From contig CAZPYM010000004.1 in the NCBI GenBank assembly GCA_964590105.1, positions 52,198 through 116,197 of the forward strand: DNA of 64,000 nt. Direction: 5' to 3'. Source of the stretch: an uncultured Gammaproteobacteria bacterium (GTDB lineage: Bacteria > Patescibacteriota > Patescibacteriia > UBA11705 > JABHMO01). The notes below the pieces were generated by a model that had not been told where the DNA came from, made no database searches, and worked only from the letters and a program-made list of their open reading frames with translations. Every line of letters starts with the position of its first letter. Position 1 is the first letter of the stretch. The translations under genes and the position numbers were made by a program. This document shows, one piece after another, positions 20,116-30,000 of the stretch.

Positions 20116-20257
20116 AGGATTATGTTAGAGTTAAAAGTTTCCGCCAAAGGCGGCTGCGCCTATGGCGCAAAAAGGTAAAAGGTAAAAGTTGAAAATCAAA
20201 ATTTAGTTTACACAATTAACCTAATTAACTTAATTAACTTGATTAACTTTATTAACT

Positions 20258-20917
20258 TTACAAACTTTCTTGCGCATTTTTCAGCGCATCTTCAAGGTTC
20301 AAAAGTTTGCCCTCGCCCTTTGGATTGTAACCTTGCAAAACTTCTTCACCGTCAAGATAACCGTCGCCGTCTGTGTCAGGATTCAAGGGATCAGTAAAAT
20401 ATACTTTTACTTCATTAAAATCAAATAAACCGTCGCCATCGCTGTCAATCTGCAAAAAGTTTGTACCAAGTTCTTTTTCTTCATTATCAGTCAGGCCATC
20501 GCTATCGCTGTCATATTCAGGCAAGACAATATCATCTTCAATAATTATCTTTTGTTCCGCTTCTTTCACTTCCACTTTTGGCGCAAATTCCGCTTCCGGC
20601 GCCGGCTGAACCTCCTCCGGCTGATCCACGACCGGCGTGGCCGGTTCCGGGGCTGACATAAATTTATAGCCAACAAAACCAATCAAACCCAACACTACAA
20701 TCGCCGCAACAGCAATTATAATAATCATTTTTTTATTATTACGGGAACTAGGACCGGGAAATCCGGCTGAACCTGCCGGCTGACTTACTGCCGGAGCTGG
20801 CTGAACCGAAGCGCCGGATACTGGCGCGGCGGCCGCTGCTTTATCAACTTCGGCAAACATATCATTCACTCCCGTACTTGGATTTTGAGAAGGTAAATTT
20901 TTTTCTTGTTCTGGCAT
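20258..20917 (-). CDS. Membrane-anchored protein with bacterial TSP3-like Ca-binding repeats
   Basis: One TM helix; DSDSDGLTDNEE, DSDGDGLFD, TDPLNPDTDGDGYLDGEEV. Confidence 0.7.
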   Translation of the reverse strand: MPEQEKNLPSQNPSTGVNDMFAEVDKAAAAAPVSGASVQPAPAVSQPAGSAGFPGPSSRNNKKMIIIIAVAAIVVLGLIGFVGYKFMSAPEPATPVVDQPEEVQPAPEAEFAPKVEVKEAEQKIIIEDDIVLPEYDSDSDGLTDNEEKELGTNFLQIDSDGDGLFDFNEVKVYFTDPLNPDTDGDGYLDGEEVLQGYNPKGEGKLLNLEDALKNAQESL

Positions 20918-21064
20918 AAATTTTTTATTAAATAATATCGATTAAATTATAAGTCACAATATACAAATGACAAATTACAAGCAAATTACAATCAATATGT
21001 CTCAATAATTCGTACATTCGCAAGACTCGTAATTTCGTATTATAAATATCAATTAATTTTATCG

Positions 21065-24000
21065 TTAATATATTGCCGGCCCCTTGCAGGTGGCAACTGC
21101 GCCAACTAAATCACCAAGGTTTGCCGAAAGAGTTGTCTCGTCCCCGAGGAAAAATAATCCACCTGTATCATCGGCATATTTTTTGAAAAAAGCCTCTTGA
21201 TTCACTGTCGGAGGACTCCCGTCTTTGCGAATATAAATCAAATGGATGTTAGCATTCTGCTCTTGGGCCAAAGCAATGTCCGCATTTCGAAGCGGCTCAT
21301 CACCTGTGTCACTAGCATCAGTAATCAAAATATAAGTTACTCTATCATAATCACCCTTAATTAAATTTGCGGCCTGAAATTCAACATCTATCCATTTTGC
21401 CATATTACCTGCGCCAACATAGCTTGATGTATTTATTTGGTCCTTCACAAATTGAGGCTCATTGCTTACCGGATCAACTAGCTTAACCTGACTATTTGAC
21501 GTCCAGCCAGCACTCCCGGTAAAACCCGCTCCTGATTGCTGCACCAAATAATAATCGTCCCCATCAAGAACTGTATGCGCCGCATCAACAATTGTGTTCA
21601 AAATTGTTCGATGATACTTTGTTACATCGTTTCCAGGATTATTGTCCATACTTAAGCTTCCATCTATAAAGAATACAAATAATGTCTTGTCGCAACCAGC
21701 TTCTGATTCCGCATCATACTCGTCATTGTCATCGGAAGTTGCGCAACCGAGATCATTGGGATAATCAATAAGTCCGTCACTGTCATTATCAAGCCCGTCT
21801 TTGCACTGCGGCACCTCACCCACTTCTGCCTGCGACGGCAGAGGCTGCCAACCGGAGTCTCCACCGCCCCAGCCTGGCACGAATTTATAGGAATACATAG
21901 GCGATGCATCCTCTTCTAAACTCGGGACTTCAAGGCTGAATTGCAGATCATAAGCAGAGGTATTCCCGGTTTCAAGAGGGTCAACTAGATATGAATACAC
22001 TGAATGCAAGTTTGGGTTTGTATCGTAAAAATTGGAGAACTTCTGATTGGCGCTATTGTAGCAAGTTTGCATATCATAACCAACCGGACAATTAACGCAA
22101 AACTCCTGCGGAACCACGCACTGATAGTCACTGGCTGATCCGCCCACCGGACAAGAATACGTATTTTCACCCGACCCGCCGCATTCCACGCCAGGATTTT
22201 CCTTGGTCGCCTGTTCCCAGGCAAAATGATTAAGCGGATCTGTTGGCAAAGTTTGTCCGAGCGCTTTGCCCAATTCTTTTTGCCACGACGGCCAGATACT
22301 GAAACTGCGTCCGCGCACGTATGTGCCCGCGTCAAGCAAAGGCGCGGCTCCATTGTGCGGCGGCGTTTTTTTGTACAATTCAATGTAGGCGCGCGTCAGC
22401 ACCATATCGCTGATTCTCTGCGTGTCCCTGATAAGCTCTGGTTTAACAATAGAAAGATTATTGGTCACTATATCAGTATTAAACCACAACAAATTTACCA
22501 GCTGGCTATAAATATTTTGAGTGGCCGCGTTCGATCCCTGCGAATAGCCGAGAACATAGATATTATTATAAATATTTACCACATCATCAGCATTGACGGG
22601 CGCCATATTGCTGGCCGCCGCGTAAACCGTGGTGCCGTCCTTGGCGCCGGTATAACAATACTTGCCAAACCGATCCTGCTGACAGTCAATTTTTACCTCT
22701 GCGGTAGTAGGCGCGGGATTTGGCGCGTAGCGCTGATACCAAATATCAGGCGGTAGAGCTTCTGGGTTTTCATAAATTCGAAGTGAAATCACGTCTGATG
22801 AATAATCATTGGTCGGGCCGGCTGATTTGTCGCGGACAAAGAAATATTGTTCAAAAAGCTCCGGATCTTCCCAAGGATCAGTGTCACTTTTGCATTTATG
22901 ATCGCCAATATCAATCAGCCCGTCGCTGTCATTATCTATACCATCATTGCACTGGTTTTCCGTGTCCTGCGCCAGCTCTTCCCAGATATTTTCGGCTCCG
23001 CCAATTAATCCCTTTTCTTTGGCCAATTCAGTCAAATTAATAATATAAAAATTTTCGTTCGGATCGCATTTTGAATCAATATAATCAACTGTGCATTTTG
23101 AAATCGAAGCCAACCCTTTGACATCATTTATATTTTCATCAAATTTCCAATAGCCAACCAAATTCGGCTCGCCCAACGGATTGACGAGATCTTCTGTCTG
23201 CGGATCCTTGGCAATATTCCAAATACGAAAATCATCCACATAGCCAGCCAGAGAAACCAGAGGGACTTGCGTTTTACCAAGTCCGCCGATAAACAAGCTT
23301 TGATAATCATTATCAACGGTGACGTCTTTTTCCGCTTGATTTCTGGGCCAGACATGCAAAACAGTATTTTCATTATCAGCCGGTGTTACGTCCACGCCAT
23401 TAACATACAAGGTTGTATTACCGCCAGCACCATCATATTTTAACGCAATGTGATTAAATCCTTTGCTCAATAAGCCAACTCCATCAGTTGTTGCGCGAAC
23501 AATACCATGAGTTGGCGTCTTTATCGTATAGATGATTGATGCTTTTTCCTCAGCGCAAGTGCAATTATTTGAGTTCGGCCCGTTTTCATACGACCACTCG
23601 CAATCATCGTCGCAATCCAAGCCCCATTTTCGCAAAGCCATCTGCACATGATTATTTGTTTTTCCGTCCTCAAAAGTACTGCTATCGCTTAAATTTTTAT
23701 AAAATATTCTGGCATATCTGTCTTCCGGAATTTCTTCGCTGTACAACCAAGTTTCAATTGTCCATGGATTATTTTCATTATTCATGAAACTCAAATTGCC
23801 GCTTCCTGAATCAGGAACCTTCACATAATCAAATGACTTGTCAAAATATATGCCGTAGCGCGGTTTGGGCGCTTTGCCGGCAAACTCAACTTCGCCGATT
23901 TCCAGTTTTGGCAAATCGTCTTCAAAACCAGGTCCGCCAAAATCACGGCAATAGAACAAGCCGACGTTAAAATTATTTTCGTAAATATAAGTTGTGTGAT

Positions 24001-27000
24001 ACTCGCCCGGCTTTATTTCTGATTGCATTTTTGACCATTTATTATTGCCTTCCTTGTCCGGCGCATAGGCTGCCGGCTCCCACAAATGATCGCAAAGGGT
24101 CACGTTCAAAAGCGCGGTGCCATATTTTTGCGCGCCGAGCGTACCGAGCGCGCCGCCGGTCAGTGGACTCGCTTCGGAAATGTTATCCTTGGTCACCACA
24201 ACATTGGCCATAATAGTGGCCGAGCCATTTTTCGCCAGATTACGAACATTGACAAAGTCGCTATCTTTTTTCTGGTTTGAAAGAGGTTGAATCGGCTCAT
24301 CAACGCAATCAGAACCATCCATTTTACAAGTATGAACAGAATCAACAATAGACATGTCGCTAGCCGTCCAGTCCCACACCCATTCATACGTTCCTGGCAT
24401 TTCTGTTAATTTCTGCTCTCCGCTTCTGGCCGTGGCCCTGAATGTATTGGTTTGATTGGCTTTTGTTACGAAAACCTGTTGCGGCTCAACAATCACATTA
24501 TCAAGCAGACAAATACTGTCGCCGGCAACAAAATTTAATTCAAGATTTACCGGCTCATAGGTTTCATCGCAATTATTTTTCAAGTTTGAAAATTTTAACT
24601 TATACTGCTTGCCGACCTGTAGCACTTGCTTTGGCGTAATGCTAAAATTAGTGTTCCCGACTATATTAGTCGACTCATTCATAGTCATCCCGACCTCGCA
24701 CTCCACAGTGGCTGCAAATCCGACTTTGACTAATAAATTTCGCACAAATTCTTTTGCTTTTGAATACCACGATCCCGCGCCCTGCGACAAGCCTGTCGGA
24801 CAACTACCGTCAGACATTAGATATAATTTTATAATAGCTTCGTCAGAATAAACTTTTTTATTAAAAGAAGTATAAAGCATAGCATTCGGACAAACATCAA
24901 CCGAGCCATTGACCGGTGAGCTCGCGGCATCATCAAAACCAAGCCCCGCCGTAGCTTCGCAAATTATTGGATCAATTATCGAATCATCTTTTTTACTCCA
25001 ATCATCAATATGCGGCAAAATATCTTTATATTTATTAATCAAATCAGGATCATTGGTTCTGAATGCAAAGTCTCCCATTCCGACCTGCGCCTCATCAGCT
25101 GGGTTTTCTTTAGTTGAAGTTTGAATCTCAGTATCGCCGATAATATATCCGGTTGCTACATCATAGAAAAAATTATTTTGCGTTGCGCCGGACTTCAAAG
25201 TTCCGTCCTCATTAAAGTAAACAGAATCCAAATAAACTTCCAAACCGCTCGGAACTGAAGTCGCCATTTGATACGGACTGCCATTCTGTCCATTGCTAAG
25301 GCCTATCGTGCACAACCCGGCATTTATTTCTGCCTGACTGCATTCGCAAATCAGATCCTCTCCAGCCTCCGGCGTACCATTGTTGCAATATGAAGGATTA
25401 TCATACGCATATGAAGAACCCAGATTTAAACATTTGGCGCTACAATAATCAGGCAGGGCGCAGGCACAATCATCTTCACCAAATAAACAAGAGACATATT
25501 CACTGCCGTCCAATTTTTTGCAAGTTGCTTCGCACTCTTCGTCATTCTTGCCATCGCCGTTATAATCCTCGGGTATTCCGTTGCCGCAACAATTGGAACA
25601 CTCACAATCAGGCGAACCAGCTAAGCACGCTTCGGTCTTGCTACCGGTAGCGCAATCTTGGGCCGACACAGCGCAAGACAAGGACAATATTTGTTTTCCG
25701 ACCTCGCCTTGACATGCTGCACAAGAAATCTTTTTCGCGCCGTCTTTTTCACAAAAAGGATTTGTCCCTTTATCGCAACAATCCGCATCAGTTCCTTTGT
25801 TGCACAGTATTTCAATCTGGCCACCTGCGCATTGATTGCAGTCAAGAATTTTTTGGCCGTCACAATCAGGATCATCTTGAAAACACGTTTCTTCTTTATA
25901 TCCGTCAGCGCAGCCATTTGTAACACCCACAATACAGTTGATTGTTTTTGTCTCGCACTCCTCGTCTTCTTGACACGGAATATCCACCGTACCGATACAG
26001 TCCGCTCCCTCGTTGCAAGCGACCTGTTTTTTGCCCACGCATCCGGGATCGCCGGCTTCACTAGCAGAACAAGCAATTTCCTTAGTACAATTACTAGTGC
26101 AAGTCGGGAAGCCTTTCCAAACGCAAGTATTGGTGCAATTGGACTCGCCTTCGCATTCTTCGCCAACCTCTAGAACGCCATTGCCACAAACTGCCGCGGC
26201 TAATTGTTCGCCGAGCTTATAGGCAGATCCTTTATATAAACATTTTTCATTTAATCCTGCTTCGCTGTTTTGCCCACCGAAATCAGCGTCTTCGCCGGAT
26301 TCTTTTTTTCCATTGCCACAAACAAAACCAGCCGCTGTTCCGGTATTCAAACAACCGGCTGTGCAGGCTGATCCCTTGGCCACGCAAGAGCAACCTTGTA
26401 ATCCGGACACCGGCACACAGGCCTGGCCATTAACATCCAGATAATCACAACCTTGGTCGCATTCTTCACCGGGCTCGATCTCGCCATTACCGCAACAATT
26501 AGACTGGGTCTTCGGATCAGCGCAATTGGCCAATGGTTCGCGGAGGCAAATCTCACTGCAGCCATCTTCATTTTCTATATTGCTGTCATCGCATTCTTCA
26601 CCCGGCTCAATCTCGCCATTGCCGCAAACAGCGGCAAAGGGAGTACTGCCAATCGCCTGGCATTTGTCATTGCAATACGGTTTAGTTTCCACCCCGAGGA
26701 GAGTATTGGTAATGCTGGCCACTACCGGCTTGGTACTCAGCCAATCCCAATCATAAGCAAAGGCGTCCAAAAGCTGACCGCTGGCACTGCATTCATCAGG
26801 CGCGGAATATGGCGCGGCCCAGTATTCAACTTTTTCTTTTTCCTGCTCCGACATATATTCTACCGGTGCGGTTTCCACGCGGTCTATTTTGCATTCTTCA
26901 GGATCATCTTTTGTTTTAAATATCCAACTAAAAGCGTCATATTGTCCGCTCGCGCCAATTTCAAATGATGACACAAAAGCGCACTGCGGATCCGGGGCTA

Positions 27001-30000
27001 GATATTCGTTTTCTGTTTGAATTGTTTCCAGTTCTGCCTCGTCAGTAATCACAGCATTATTTTCTTTTAAATTAACACAGGCAAACTGGATATTTTCGTC
27101 ATCCTGACAATTCGGAGTTTTAGAAATTTCAGCAAAAGAAACAATTATACCGGCCGCCTGGTCATAACAGCCGCAGAGATAATCAAGGTTTTTGTCTTCC
27201 GCTCCCACAGCTGAATAACCGCCGCTCACATCCGCTTTGCCGTCGGCGTCATCGTCTTTTCTATTGCCGCAGTCTCCGCCGGGCGCGTTCCCGGTGCTAT
27301 AATTCAGACCGGTCAAATTAACTCCGCTGTAACTTTTTACTCCATTCGTCACAACCATGCGATAATAAGTATTTGGCTCCATTTTATTCGGATGAAGAGA
27401 AATTTTCAATTCATGAATTGACGTGCCGTAATATGGATTCTCCACTTCCTGATAATCAATCTTGCTTTGATCCAGACCAAAATCAGTCAAAACTACGCAA
27501 TCTGACGAATAGCACGAATAAAGCTTGACTGTTTCCGGCATGAAGCTGTCCTTGTCCATGAAAGTATTAAAATTCGCGCCAATACTGGCATTAATACAGG
27601 CAAAATTGCAATTAGGATAATAGGAAATTATTTTCGGGTCAGCAAATTTAACTTTCAAAAAACCTTTTTTATATAAACTGTCAAATGTATCTTTTAATGG
27701 ATCATCTTGTGTCAACTCAGCTTCAGCCGCTATTTCCATTGGTTTGCCCGGAGGAGTTTCAAATGTCTGCCCCTGTCCGAGCTCTGACAAAGACTTCAAC
27801 TGAAAATACCCCGAACTGCTGATAAATTCTTTAGGAGCTTGGCAAATCAGGCCATCCGCTGGCTCAAAACAAGCATAGCCGGCAAATTCTGCTTTCTGCT
27901 TGTCTATGTCTTTGACCATATCCCACTGCCAATCCTTGTCGCTAAGACCGATTTCCTGGCACTGGTATTGGCCGGAAACAGTATATTTTTGCTTGCCGTC
28001 AATAGTTTTAATCAATCCGACCAGCGGACTCATTAGCAATTTATCCGGCACGCAATTCTCGCTTTTGGTTTTAAATTTCCAAGTGTAATCATTGAGCATA
28101 TTGACATAGCCCTCGAAAAAATCGCTGTAAGCGCTCACGCCGCCAGTACCGCCTTTTATTGTCACTTGATACCAAGTGTTTTCGTGTAGATTATGATTGC
28201 CTTCCTGCACGATAGAAGGAACCAAGTCATTTCCTTCGTTTAATAGTGAAGAATCCAAGCTGAATGCTGTCACCTGGTCTCCAATACAAAAACAATTATC
28301 TTTATTTATTTCCGGATCGCAAGTTTCATTACCCGGCTGTCCGTCAATATAGCAAGACAAATTAAGGTTAGTTAAATTAAAATCATTGGAATGCGCGTTG
28401 GTTATTGTCCGCGAAACGCAGTCATTTGGATTGCAAATATCAAAATTACATTCCCCGCCTTGAGTATTTAAGCATCTTTTTATTATAATATTATTTTGAA
28501 AACTATTTGCCTCGGGATCAGTCTTCATTATCATGTTGAAAGTAGCTGAAATAAGGCCGTTCGGACAGGCGTTAGTAGTATTTTTAAATGGCGACGGCGA
28601 CTGCGTATACTGTCCCGGCCAACAGCTCCTCTCAATCACTCGCGGATAAGTCGGCAAGGGGCCAGTACTCATCATCCACATGTATTCGGATGGCTCATAG
28701 CCAACCTCCACCGTACAAGTACCAACCGTCTGACAAACGCCGGTAGAACAACATTCTTCGCCCTCTGCGCAAGAGTTGGCGCTACAACTGCCTACAGTAA
28801 ATGAAACTGAATTACTCTGTTTTTGATCACTTTTCACAAAAACACCGCCGGACAAAGCTTTCTCCGGCACTACCGCATTTTCAATCAATATGGCCGACCA
28901 ATCGCCAAAGCTGGTCGCGATCCCCGGATCCGGAACCTTTGCGCATTGGCAAGTTTCATCCTCGTCTATGTCGCACGGAGCCACGCCATCCGGACAATTG
29001 ATCTTTGGCCCGCCGGTTTTGGAAAAATACACCTCACCTTCATTACCAAAATATTCGCCTTTAAAATCCACGCCAATGCCTTCAGGGCCATTATTCGGAT
29101 CAAGGAGACAAAGCCCTGGACCAGGAGGCCCTTCCACAATTTCATAATCATACGGATCGGTGACCAAACCCTGAGAAGTATATAAAACTATTTTGTATTC
29201 ATCGCTGTAAGCGCTCTCATCGGACAAAGCAGGGCTCGCAAAAGTGTTTAATATTGTTTCCGGAATTTTTATGACAACCTCACTGTCAGACCAGCTTTCC
29301 GGTCCGCAGCCAATCGCCGTAATCCAATCGTAATTGTCGCCGCCAATTAATCGATGAATCTCCACGTGTCCTGTATCATTACCAAAATATTGTCCTGAAA
29401 TAGTAATCAATTGCCCGATTGGCGCGGGCGCCGGCTCCACCATGTCAATTTTTGGCAGATTTTCTGATGGCACTATTTCAAATCGCACTGGATTGCTATA
29501 CAGATTTTTGCAAAGGCAATCAGCTATATTTTCTGGTGTTTGCTCGCAAACTGCTTTAGTTGTTTTATCCAAGCATTGTGGGCCTTTATCAATTACTGTA
29601 TTTTTTTTGCCTTTTTCTAATAACGGAATCTGCAGACTCAAAATTGTTTCCGGACTCCAAGCAAATCCAGCCCCCTGCAAAAAGTTAATGCCCCCGAGAA
29701 ATGCGGCATCGTCATCATCTTTCTGGCCGAAATTATTGCCGCCAACTCTTACTAAATTATTTACCGCCCCTTTATCGCAATGAACTTCAGGTGTCGGTTG
29801 ACAGCCCTGTAGTGTGACAGAACACAAACCAGGATAATTAATATTTGAATCAACAATAAAATCGCCTACCCAGCCGTCGTCATCATCAGTCGTGTCTTCA
29901 TTATTTAAATAATTAACAACCTTAATTGGGCCGGTAATCGCCTGCGCCGGCACTTTGGCAATTATTTGATAATTATTCCAAGCTGAACTAGCCTGACAGC

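Noticed and set aside
10385-20240. 36-nt identical repeats as a CRISPR array
   Set aside because: Only two exact copies about 9.8 kb apart, no spacer periodicity and no cas genes.
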